A stretch of DNA of 64,000 nucleotides from a virus: the IMG/VR virus record IMGVR_UViG_3300046370_000603. The stretch is one strand, 5' to 3'. The notes beneath the pieces were generated by a model, which worked only from the letters and a program-made list of their open reading frames with translations, did no database searches and was not told the DNA's origin. Below, one piece after another: positions 18,235-25,893 of the stretch; position 1 is the first letter of the stretch, and each line of letters starts with the position of its first letter. The translations under genes were made by a program, and so were the position numbers.

Positions 18235-18456
18235 ATGGATACTTACAACGGCTGGAAAAACTGGGCGACCTGGAATGTTGCTCTTTGGTTAGGGAATGAC
18301 GAATATCTTTACAAACTTTCTCGTAGGTTTGTTAATTACAAAGATCTTGCAAATACGCTCATAGAAATGGGTAGTCCTTGTACGCCTGACGGGGCAAGGT
18401 ATGCAGATGAAGACTTAGACACCTACGCCCTCGATGAATTGTTGCAAGAAGAGTAA
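18235..18456 (+). CDS. Conserved-looking phage hypothetical protein
   Basis: YNGWKNWATWNVALWLGNDE motif; TAA stop is first 3 nt of R8. Confidence 0.75.
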   Translation: MDTYNGWKNWATWNVALWLGNDEYLYKLSRRFVNYKDLANTLIEMGSPCTPDGARYADEDLDTYALDELLQEE

Positions 18457-18524
18457 GTCGTTGATTATCAAGCACTTAGGTGCTTGGCAGCCGCACCCAT
18501 AAGGGCTTGGCTATCAGTGACTTA
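18454..18524. repeat. Nested-palindrome repeat R8 (21-bp spacer; at convergence point)
   Basis: TAAGTCGTTGATTATCAAGCACTTA-GGTGCTT GGCAGCC GCACCCA-TAAGGGCTTGGCTATCAGTGACTTA. Confidence 0.92.
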
Positions 18525-18526
18525 TG

Positions 18527-18754
18527 TCAGCAATCTTTTTGTGATTCCCATTTTAGTTTCCAATCCCTGCAACGGCAGGAAGTTTTTAGTGCGGGTGTTG
18601 AAAGTTTTGCAATTTGTTGCCCGACATCAAATCGTGCTTGCCAAGCTTTGCCGTAAGCAACCGATTGATCTTGCAAACTCTTTGAATTATCCCAAAGATT
18701 ATAGCAACGGGCATTTAAGTCATTCCATTTTTGATTTAATTCTTGCAATGTCAT
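18527..18754 (-). CDS. Hypothetical protein
   Basis: Last gene of minus-strand block, stop 2 nt from R8. Confidence 0.6.
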   Translation of the reverse strand: MTLQELNQKWNDLNARCYNLWDNSKSLQDQSVAYGKAWQARFDVGQQIAKLSTPALKTSCRCRDWKLKWESQKDC

Positions 18755-18767
18755 AATTATTTTCCCC

Positions 18768-19022
18768 TTATAGTTTTTCGGTTAACATTTCTTCCCTTAC
18801 CGCATTGTTTGCAATGTTGTTAATTTCGGTCATCCATTTATCAACATTTTCATTGAACACTTTTCCATCGCCTGAAATGTTTTCTGCAACTGTGTTTTTA
18901 ATAGCTCTTGCTTGAGCCGCAATGCCTAAGAGTGCTCTTGACAAGTTGTAAGCTTGGTGATTTTTATATGAATCGTTTTCTATTAAGTCAACGATTGAGA
19001 TGGTGTCCGTATTAGCTTTCAT
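18768..19022 (-). CDS. Hypothetical protein
   Basis: TCGCAA-N17-TACCTT-N6-ATG on minus strand. Confidence 0.65.
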   Translation of the reverse strand: MKANTDTISIVDLIENDSYKNHQAYNLSRALLGIAAQARAIKNTVAENISGDGKVFNENVDKWMTEINNIANNAVREEMLTEKL

Positions 19023-19060
19023 ATATATAAGGTAAACGATTTATTAAGTAATTGCGAATT

Positions 19061-19294
19061 TTATTTTAGTAAATTTAAAAGATCATTTACGCATGGTTCA
19101 GTGATGTGTCCATCTACTTTCATTGCGTCGATGATTTCTTTATTTGTTACATCTTTAGATGCTTCGACTATTTGATCCCAAGTCCAAACATTATTTGCGA
19201 CATCTTCCCACAGGGAAACGCCCGACTTTTCGTCGCGTGAAAACTCAAGAAGCCCATTGACTCCGATTACATGATTGATTCTGATCTTATCCAT
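19061..19294 (-). CDS. Hypothetical protein
   Basis: Start moved to ATG 19294 (MDKIRINHV...): TTGCAA-N17-TACCTT-N6-ATG. Confidence 0.65.
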   Translation of the reverse strand: MDKIRINHVIGVNGLLEFSRDEKSGVSLWEDVANNVWTWDQIVEASKDVTNKEIIDAMKVDGHITEPCVNDLLNLLK

Positions 19295-19477
19295 AAAAAC
19301 AAGGTAAACTAGTGGTGCGTGTTTTGCAAGCAAATACAGATTTTTTTTTGTCTTTTTATTTAAATACCAAATAGTCAAATAGTGCAACTTTTTAGGAGTG
19401 GCGGGATTGTGCAACTTTATAGTTGTAGTAGTATTGGGCAACTTTATAGTTGGCACACTTCCTGAACTCCTCTTTTG

Positions 19478-19548
19478 TAAGTCGTTGTTTATTAAGCACT
19501 TACAGCAGCGGCAGCCGCCTCCCTAAGTGCTTGATTATCAGTGACTTA
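19478..19548 (-). repeat. Nested-palindrome repeat R9 (21-bp spacer)
   Basis: Plus strand TAAGTCGTTGTTTATTAAGCACTTA-CAGCAGC GGCAGCC GCCTCCC-TAAGTGCTTGATTATCAGTGACTTA. Confidence 0.92.
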
Positions 19549-19559
19549 GGAGGCTGATC

Positions 19560-19733
19560 TTATCGGTGTGCTAGACCTTCCAATCGTGCTATTTGATTGT
19601 CCAATTCTATTTGTATGGCTTCAATGTCTGAAGCCTTCTTTTTATTGTTTAATTTCATCGCCTTGACTCTTTCGTTATTCAACGCCATGATTTGAGTTCT
19701 TAATTTGTTTATTGTGTTTTTTATGTATTCCAT
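19560..19733 (-). CDS. Small coiled-coil protein (57 aa)
   Basis: MEYIKNTINKLRTQIMALNNERV...LAHR read by hand. Confidence 0.6.
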   Translation of the reverse strand: MEYIKNTINKLRTQIMALNNERVKAMKLNNKKKASDIEAIQIELDNQIARLEGLAHR

Positions 19734-19735
19734 GA

Positions 19736-20071
19736 TTAGATTAAATCGTAGTATTGTGGCGAGTAGTCAACATGGCAAGAGTGGGATTCTATCTCTTCAT
19801 CCATGTTGTCGTTAAGTTCTTTTTTAATTGCTTTGACAAGATCCAAATTGATTGAATCAATCTCTTTGCCGTTACCATCAAAACGCTTTACGCTTTCAAG
19901 AGTATCAAAGTAAGCTACCAAGTGAACGGCTGAGACTTGGTCTCCATAAAGAGACTCCTCTGTATCTGTCGATGCTCTACCTTGCAGTTCGTAGTATTCT
20001 TCGCCCACTTCAGCATAGGCGGAAAACTCTTCTTCGGTTACTTCGTCGAATTCTATTTTTATTTCTGTCAT
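19736..20071 (-). CDS. Hypothetical acidic protein
   Basis: TTGACA-N17-GATAGT-N5-ATG on minus strand. Confidence 0.7.
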   Translation of the reverse strand: MTEIKIEFDEVTEEEFSAYAEVGEEYYELQGRASTDTEESLYGDQVSAVHLVAYFDTLESVKRFDGNGKEIDSINLDLVKAIKKELNDNMDEEIESHSCHVDYSPQYYDLI

Positions 20072-20117
20072 ACCTTACTATCGTCTATTTTTTAACTTTT
20101 GTCAAATTTATTTTGAA

Positions 20118-20468
20118 TTATTTTTGAAACATTATTTCAAGGCAAGTGTCGAATTGTTCACGAAAGAGTCTTGGTGCATCTGTGACAAACCAAGTTTTGC
20201 TAGTGTTTGTGATTAACCTTTCTGTGATCTTTTTGCTTACGACATCTAAAAGATCTGTATTCTCGTAAATGTTGGATTCTGTCAATTCGTTTGTTTGTTC
20301 GTTTACTAGCTTTGCCATGTAGACATCTATATATTCGGGTTTATATGAATCATTTATCAAGATGTCATCTTGACAAGCTACTGCCTCAACCCTGTAAGTT
20401 GTGCCGCTTATTCCCATCAGGAAGTTAAAAGTGAATTCTTCTGTGTCTGTATTGTATATTGATTTCAT
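20118..20468 (-). CDS. Hypothetical protein
   Basis: TTGACT-N17-TAGTTT-N6-ATG 20468. Confidence 0.7.
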   Translation of the reverse strand: MKSIYNTDTEEFTFNFLMGISGTTYRVEAVACQDDILINDSYKPEYIDVYMAKLVNEQTNELTESNIYENTDLLDVVSKKITERLITNTSKTWFVTDAPRLFREQFDTCLEIMFQK

Positions 20469-20584
20469 ATACATAAACTAAGGCATATATTAACTAAAGT
20501 CAAATTTATTTTGAATTATTTGGCAACTATTTTATTGCATTATTCTATCACATGAATTGGCATGGTTTCTGTACATGCGTCTCG

Positions 20585-20655
20585 TAAGTCGTTGTTTATT
20601 AAGCACTTACGAGGGCGGCAGCCGCCGCCCTAAGTGCCTGATTATCAGTGACTTA
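20585..20655 (-). repeat. Nested-palindrome repeat R10 (21-bp spacer)
   Basis: Plus strand TAAGTCGTTGTTTATTAAGCACTTA-CGAGGGC GGCAGCC GCCGCCC-TAAGTGCCTGATTATCAGTGACTTA. Confidence 0.92.
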
Positions 20656-20669
20656 GGAAAGCGTTTTAG

Positions 20670-20720
20670 TTATAGTGTATAGATGTATAGTGCAACCGAT
20701 AAGAGGATTATGCAAGTCAT
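20670..20720 (-). CDS. Putative 16-aa hydrophobic peptide
   Basis: MTCIILLSVALYIYTL, ATGA-coupled to upstream gene. Confidence 0.35.
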   Translation of the reverse strand: MTCIILLSVALYIYTL

Positions 20721-21013
20721 ACATACACCTCCTCTGTATGTGTTACCCAATCGTATTCGTCAATTTCTTGCCCGTTTAGCATAGGGGTAAAGTTCTTTTG
20801 ATAAATGCCTAATCCTGTTATGCCGTTGACTCTTTCCCTTGTTGTTGGAGTGTTCCAACCTGCAAGCGTTGCCATTACAAGCCCGCTTACATCTCGTTTG
20901 ATTATCTCGTTGCCATGTAAGAAGACGCTTGTGCCGTCTGTTCTTGTGTTGCCAACCTTTAGAGAAGTGCCTTGCTCAAAGGCTTTTTTAATTCTTTCTG
21001 TTACTTTACGCAT
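20717..21013 (-). CDS. Conserved-looking phage hypothetical protein
   Basis: MRK....GNT....VFLHGNEI...GWNTPTTRERVN motif. Confidence 0.75.
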   Translation of the reverse strand: MRKVTERIKKAFEQGTSLKVGNTRTDGTSVFLHGNEIIKRDVSGLVMATLAGWNTPTTRERVNGITGLGIYQKNFTPMLNGQEIDEYDWVTHTEEVYV

Positions 21014-21176
21014 TTGTTTCTTCCTCTGTTATGATTTGAAAATGTGGATTGTTTCGTTTTATTTGTTTTGCAATTTGCAAGGCTTTTGCTTGTGATTTTG
21101 CGTTGTCTATTAGTTCCCCAAAAAGGCGAATGTCAAACCAATTTGAAAAGTTAGGATTTCGTAGTATTTTAATCAT
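21006..21176 (-). CDS. Small hypothetical protein (56 aa), paralog of 3685-3879
   Basis: MIKILRNPNFSNWFDIRLFGELIDNAKSQAKALQIAK...; not in ORF track. Confidence 0.65.
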   Translation of the reverse strand: MIKILRNPNFSNWFDIRLFGELIDNAKSQAKALQIAKQIKRNNPHFQIITEEETNA

Positions 21177-21213
21177 TTCTATTTTTACCTTTCCTTGTGT
21201 GTTGTGTCAAGAC

Positions 21214-21426
21214 TTACCTTTTAAAGTAAGCCTTGACTTGATCGGCAGTTGCCTTGATTAGGTCAGAGATAAAAACCTCTGACTCGAAAAGATGATCTTG
21301 CGAATGATGCTTGATCGTTGCGACCCGTTGAGATCCGACTCTGTCGATAGACACGAGACGAACAACTTTATTATTAACCTTTGAGTGGTAAAGGCTTCCG
21401 ACTTTTAATCCTTTAGTAATGTTCAT
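21214..21426 (-). CDS. Hypothetical protein
   Basis: TTGACA-N17-TACCTT-N6-ATG on minus strand. Confidence 0.7.
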   Translation of the reverse strand: MNITKGLKVGSLYHSKVNNKVVRLVSIDRVGSQRVATIKHHSQDHLFESEVFISDLIKATADQVKAYFKR

Positions 21427-21680
21427 ATATACAAGGTAAACGAATTGGTGCGTTGTGTCAAACTATTTGAGTAAAAAAAACGCTTTTTTTAAAAGTTTTT
21501 TTGGTTGCACTATACCCCCATTTTTTGAATTTTTTCCCGCCCCTCAATCTCAGATTTGGCGGGGGGGTGGGTTTTCTCAAAAAGTTTCCCGCGTATTCTC
21601 ACTGAAATAACCTTTTTTGAAAAAAAAACGACGCATATTTGAATTCTAACTGTATATAATGATAATAATATTATATAAAT

Positions 21681-22409
21681 ATGCCAAGACGAAAAAAACC
21701 TGAAATTACTAATGATCAGGATATTGAAAATATAGTAGGTACTATTGGAAAAACTAAAATAAAAACACACAAAATTAGTTTTACCGATAAACAAACTGAG
21801 TTATTAAAAATCATATTTGATAGAAATACTAAAATAGTTTTTGTTAGTGGTCCTGCGGGCACTAGTAAAACTTTTATGGCTATATACGGCGCTATACAGC
21901 TGTTTAATATGAATAATGACTACTCTATTGGATATGTTCGAACAATTATAGAAAGTGCAGATAGAGGCATGGGCGCCCTTCCTGGTAACGTAGATGAAAA
22001 GTTCTGTCCTTTCATGATGCCTTTAACCGACAAGCTTTATGAACTTAGCCCAGCGTCCGACGCAAAAAAAATGATTGACAAGGAAATAGTAAAAGCTATG
22101 CCAATAAATTATTTACGGGGAGCTAGTTTTAAAGATCAGATCATTATAGCTGATGAATCACAAAATTTCACAACAAAAGAACTAATTACTTTAATTACTA
22201 GAATTGGCGAAAATACCAAACTAATAATTTGCGGCGACTCTATGCAAGCTGATATTAATGGAAAGAGCGGCTTTAACCCAATCAAAGATCTTTTTAGTAA
22301 TGAAGCAAGTGAAAAGCAAGGTATATATAATTTCGAGTTTGATTATAAAGATATAAAACGTAGCGAAATATTAAAATATATAGTTAAAAAATTAGAGGAA
22401 TTAGATTAA
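21681..22409 (+). CDS. phoH: PhoH-family ATPase
   Basis: GPAGTSKT Walker A, G.LPG...EK, YLRGASF, IIADESQN, TRIGE..K.IICGD..Q.D. Confidence 0.92.
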   Translation: MPRRKKPEITNDQDIENIVGTIGKTKIKTHKISFTDKQTELLKIIFDRNTKIVFVSGPAGTSKTFMAIYGAIQLFNMNNDYSIGYVRTIIESADRGMGALPGNVDEKFCPFMMPLTDKLYELSPASDAKKMIDKEIVKAMPINYLRGASFKDQIIIADESQNFTTKELITLITRIGENTKLIICGDSMQADINGKSGFNPIKDLFSNEASEKQGIYNFEFDYKDIKRSEILKYIVKKLEELD

Positions 22410-22484
22410 TTTCCTTTTAAAATTATTTAGTGTAATAATCTATATGGAGATTATTAACAATAATAACAAGAAAGCGGGAACAAT

Positions 22485-23267
22485 ATGATTGCAGTTCATC
22501 ATAGAGGTTCAACGGGAAATATTTTTTTGCAGCTTATGCGGGCAATAAGAGTTTCGAAAGAGCGCAATATGCCAATCAAGAATTTATGGACTACTTATCG
22601 TGGAGCGCCTACAGGTCATTGGAACGAATCAATGTACAATAATTTTGTAAGTTTTGAAAATCCAATTGCGGAACCAAATGCCTCAATAGAGTATAAGGCC
22701 GAATATTTTTATCAAGACCCAAAAGATATAAAATGGATTTTAGATAATACAGATTCGATATTAAAAACTCGTCCTCCACTAAGGCAAGGAGTATTTGTTC
22801 ATGCTAGATTAGGAGACATTGTACATGCTCCACACTACGTAAGCTCCTTAAAAGGAGATCTAGAGCCTTTTAGGAAAGCTAGCAAATCGAATAAAAACCA
22901 AAGTTTTGAATATTTTTGCAAAGCCATCGAGCAATGTTCACACTCTAGAAGATTTAATACGCCAGGTCATCCTGAAGGTTATATATCAACTAACCCTCAA
23001 TCGGTAAATTGCATTTTAATAAAAGCCCTTGTTGAAAAATATAACCTCAAGGTTTATACGCAAGATGTAGAATCTACTATAGATTTTGGTAGCCAATTTT
23101 CCCATAAAGTTTTATCAACTGGAACCTTCAGTTTGATGATTGGGCTACTTGGGCAAAAATGTACAAAAATACTTTTACCTAATCCCGAATTGTACCATCA
23201 ATGGCATCCAGATTTTATCTCATTTTTAGATGCCTATAGACATAACTTTCAAATTGTAAATGGATAA
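22485..23267 (+). CDS. GT11-like (alpha-1,2-fucosyltransferase-like) glycosyltransferase
   Basis: G.TGN.F.Q N-terminus, VHARLGD (HxRxGD) motif, S.GTFS motif. Confidence 0.6.
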   Translation: MIAVHHRGSTGNIFLQLMRAIRVSKERNMPIKNLWTTYRGAPTGHWNESMYNNFVSFENPIAEPNASIEYKAEYFYQDPKDIKWILDNTDSILKTRPPLRQGVFVHARLGDIVHAPHYVSSLKGDLEPFRKASKSNKNQSFEYFCKAIEQCSHSRRFNTPGHPEGYISTNPQSVNCILIKALVEKYNLKVYTQDVESTIDFGSQFSHKVLSTGTFSLMIGLLGQKCTKILLPNPELYHQWHPDFISFLDAYRHNFQIVNG

Positions 23268-23475
23268 CCAATTTATTGAAAATCAATTTGTTAGTTTTAC
23301 ATACGATGGTAAAGAATTACGTGGAGAAATTATAAAAATATATACTCAAATTGGCTTTTCTGAACACGGACAAACATTCGCTATTATAAGAATCGAAGGG
23401 CAAAAAGGATTGTTCAATAAAAATACATTAAGAATTGAAATTAATGAACTTGCAAATATTGCGCGACTACACTAA
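23260..23475 (+). CDS. Hypothetical protein
   Basis: Coupled ORF. Confidence 0.65.
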   Translation: MDNQFIENQFVSFTYDGKELRGEIIKIYTQIGFSEHGQTFAIIRIEGQKGLFNKNTLRIEINELANIARLH

Positions 23476-23513
23476 AAATTGAAAAAAGATAAAAAAAAGA
23501 TATAATATATATT

Positions 23514-23747
23514 ATGGAAATCATAATTTCTTCTGTAGTTGGTGCAATTTCTGCAATTGTTGTTGCAATTATTCACAATAAAGCTATTGAGAGGAAGAAA
23601 AGTCAAACTTGCGACAGAATAATCAATACCCTAAACGTAGATAATAAAAATATTTATATTATCGACTCGAAAGAAGAAGAGCGCGGCAAGCAACCAATGC
23701 ATTACTCAAAAGCAAGTACCGAAAAAATAATTTTTATAATAAAATGA
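23514..23747 (+). CDS. Small membrane protein
   Basis: N-terminal hydrophobic helix IIISSVVGAISAIVVAII. Confidence 0.6.
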   Translation: MEIIISSVVGAISAIVVAIIHNKAIERKKSQTCDRIINTLNVDNKNIYIIDSKEEERGKQPMHYSKASTEKIIFIIK

Positions 23748-24049
23748 GCGTTAAATATTGTAAATCGTGTGGAGCTAAAAATAGCTACGTGGGTCTCGAA
23801 CCTAAGTTTTGTAGTAGCTGCGGGGCGCCTTTAAATCAAAGTTTAAAGAAAGTCTCAAGGGGCTCAATAGCAAATTCAAATATATCTGAAAGCTTAGTTA
23901 ATAATGATGATACAACCAATATAGATTTCGTACCTCATATAGGTAGATTGCAGTACGATATAGAAGTTTCTAATAAGAAAACTTTCACTTTTGAAGAAAT
24001 TGCTGGACGACCTTTAAATGAGTCAAAATCAACCGAAGAAGAGAGGTAG
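23744..24049 (+). CDS. Zinc-ribbon domain protein
   Basis: YCKSCGAK...PKFCSSCGAPL. Confidence 0.75.
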   Translation: MSVKYCKSCGAKNSYVGLEPKFCSSCGAPLNQSLKKVSRGSIANSNISESLVNNDDTTNIDFVPHIGRLQYDIEVSNKKTFTFEEIAGRPLNESKSTEEER

Positions 24050-24749
24050 GCCGAGAAAGATAACTTTTGTAGAAAAGTATGAGCATGTCTTAGAAAAAAT
24101 TGAATCTCGAAAGAAAAATTGGTTCTTAAATAGCTCAGGCTGGATTGGGTGGGAAGATGTTAAGCAAATTATCGCTACCCATATTTTTAATAAATGGCAC
24201 CTTTGGGACCAATCAAGAAATCTAGATCCTTGGTTGAATAGAATTATATCTAACCAGCTTAAAAATTTATTAAGAAATACTTACGGTAATTTTTTACGTC
24301 CATGCGCTAGATGTCCTTTTAATCTTAACGGCGCAATTGATAACATTAATGAATCAAACAATACATGCACGTGGACGAAAAGCGGAAAACAAGATTGCAC
24401 TTGTCCTTTATTCAAGAAATGGAATAAAAGTAAAAAACATTCTTTTCATATAAATACTGCATCAAGTATAGATGTAGATGATTTTCAAGAGAAATGTAGA
24501 AATAGTTTTGATATTGATGTAGCTAGTCAAAAATTGCATAAATTAATGAAAAAAAGTTTAAGTGAAAAACAATATAGAATATATGAAATGTTATATATTA
24601 AAAATTTAGATATAAATAAAGCTGCAGAAGAGTTGGGTTACAAAACAAGCGAGAAGGGGCGCAGCGCGGGGTACAAACAAATTAAAAACTTTGAAAAAAT
24701 ATTTAAAAAACTAGCTAAAAAGCTAATAGAAAAAAATGATATAATATGA
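24018..24749 (+). CDS. Phage RNA polymerase sigma factor (sigma70/ECF-like)
   Basis: Region-2-like WEDVKQ...WDQSRNLDPWLNRIISNQLKNLLR; region-4 HTH LSEKQYRIYEMLY..LDINKAAEELG; Cys-rich linker. Confidence 0.7.
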   Translation: MSQNQPKKRGRPRKITFVEKYEHVLEKIESRKKNWFLNSSGWIGWEDVKQIIATHIFNKWHLWDQSRNLDPWLNRIISNQLKNLLRNTYGNFLRPCARCPFNLNGAIDNINESNNTCTWTKSGKQDCTCPLFKKWNKSKKHSFHINTASSIDVDDFQEKCRNSFDIDVASQKLHKLMKKSLSEKQYRIYEMLYIKNLDINKAAEELGYKTSEKGRSAGYKQIKNFEKIFKKLAKKLIEKNDII

Positions 24750-25795
24750 AGCTAACAAAACAACAACAAAAATTTATCACAGATAACGCTGATAAGATTA
24801 GCGATTTAATCGAATTGACTAGGCAGACTTTTAATAACGAAAAGCTAGACGGGCGAACCAAAGAAGGTAGAGCTGTTAGAAAATTTTTAGTAGATAATAA
24901 CTTAAAATACAAAACTACAGAAAAAGAAAAAAGGGAAGAAATAGAGTTTAATCAAGAACAAAGAGAATTCATAATTCAGTATGCCAAAGAAGGAATGAGT
25001 GCCTATGAGATATCTAAAGTTCTGTTTCCTGAGGTTAACGTAACCAACTTAAGTAAAGAGGTTCTGGAAATAGCAAAGTTCATCGAAGATATAGATTTTA
25101 AATTATTGCATCCTAATGAAAGCGCTATGAATGCTCAGTATTTCGCGCCCAAATCAATTTCTAGAGTTTTAAAAAAAGTTAATGAATATTGTCAGCAAGA
25201 ACTAACAGAAAAAGAGTTAACTCGTAATGATTTAGATAATCTTGAGAGTACCTTGCGTTTTTTAGCTGCTCCCAGGTTTATTCAAGTTATCAACACGTAT
25301 AGCGCTATGGATGATAGAACGTTATTTGAAGCTGAGTATATAAGATCTGTATGGGATAAACCAGACTTAACAAGTGATGAATTAAATTTATATATTAATG
25401 TTTGCATGGATTATATACATTTAAAAAATATAAGTAGAGCTATAGATAAATTAAATAGAATGTTTGAAGATTGTGAAGATCAACAAGATATGACTGTTAG
25501 ATTAGCAGAATTATTAAAAACAAAGAGTGAGGAATATAATCAATGTGAAAAGAGACAAGAGACATTAATAGCAAGATTAAATGGAGATAGAAAAGAAAGA
25601 ATAAAAAATAAACATAAAGATAATGCATCTATATTATCATTAGTTAGAGTATTTCAAAATGAAAATGATAGACAACGAATGGTAGACATGGCAGAGAAGC
25701 AAAAACTACTAATTGAGCAGGAAGCGTCCAATTTAGAGAATATGGACATCTGGAAGGCTAGAGTATTAGGAATATCCAAAGAAGACGTTCTATGA
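24746..25795 (+). CDS. Hypothetical protein with HTH and coiled coil (terminase small subunit candidate)
   Basis: GMSAYEISKVL HTH-like segment; position upstream of terminase large subunit. Confidence 0.45.
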   Translation: MKLTKQQQKFITDNADKISDLIELTRQTFNNEKLDGRTKEGRAVRKFLVDNNLKYKTTEKEKREEIEFNQEQREFIIQYAKEGMSAYEISKVLFPEVNVTNLSKEVLEIAKFIEDIDFKLLHPNESAMNAQYFAPKSISRVLKKVNEYCQQELTEKELTRNDLDNLESTLRFLAAPRFIQVINTYSAMDDRTLFEAEYIRSVWDKPDLTSDELNLYINVCMDYIHLKNISRAIDKLNRMFEDCEDQQDMTVRLAELLKTKSEEYNQCEKRQETLIARLNGDRKERIKNKHKDNASILSLVRVFQNENDRQRMVDMAEKQKLLIEQEASNLENMDIWKARVLGISKEDVL

Positions 25796-25893
25796 GGCTG
25801 TACAGGGAGTTTTCGCGGTATTTAAATCTCTTGTTGCCATTAAGGCAATTGGAGAGTTTCTATCTTTCTTAAACATAAACAGATTTTATTACG

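Noticed and set aside
11217-20655. CRISPR array interpretation of the repeats
   Set aside because: Repeats are 71-72 bp and degenerate, intervals are 0.24-1.6 kb of intact genes with promoters, and no cas gene is present.
11217-20655. Canonical integron attC sites or IS/MITE ends
   Set aside because: Ends are mostly TAAG...CTTA, not RYYYAAC...GTTRRRY. I see no IntI or transposase and no target-site duplications. Kept only as an analogy.
21510-21794. Minus-strand 94-aa ORF across the early/late junction
   Set aside because: Overlaps phoH antisense and low-complexity tracts; no supporting signals.
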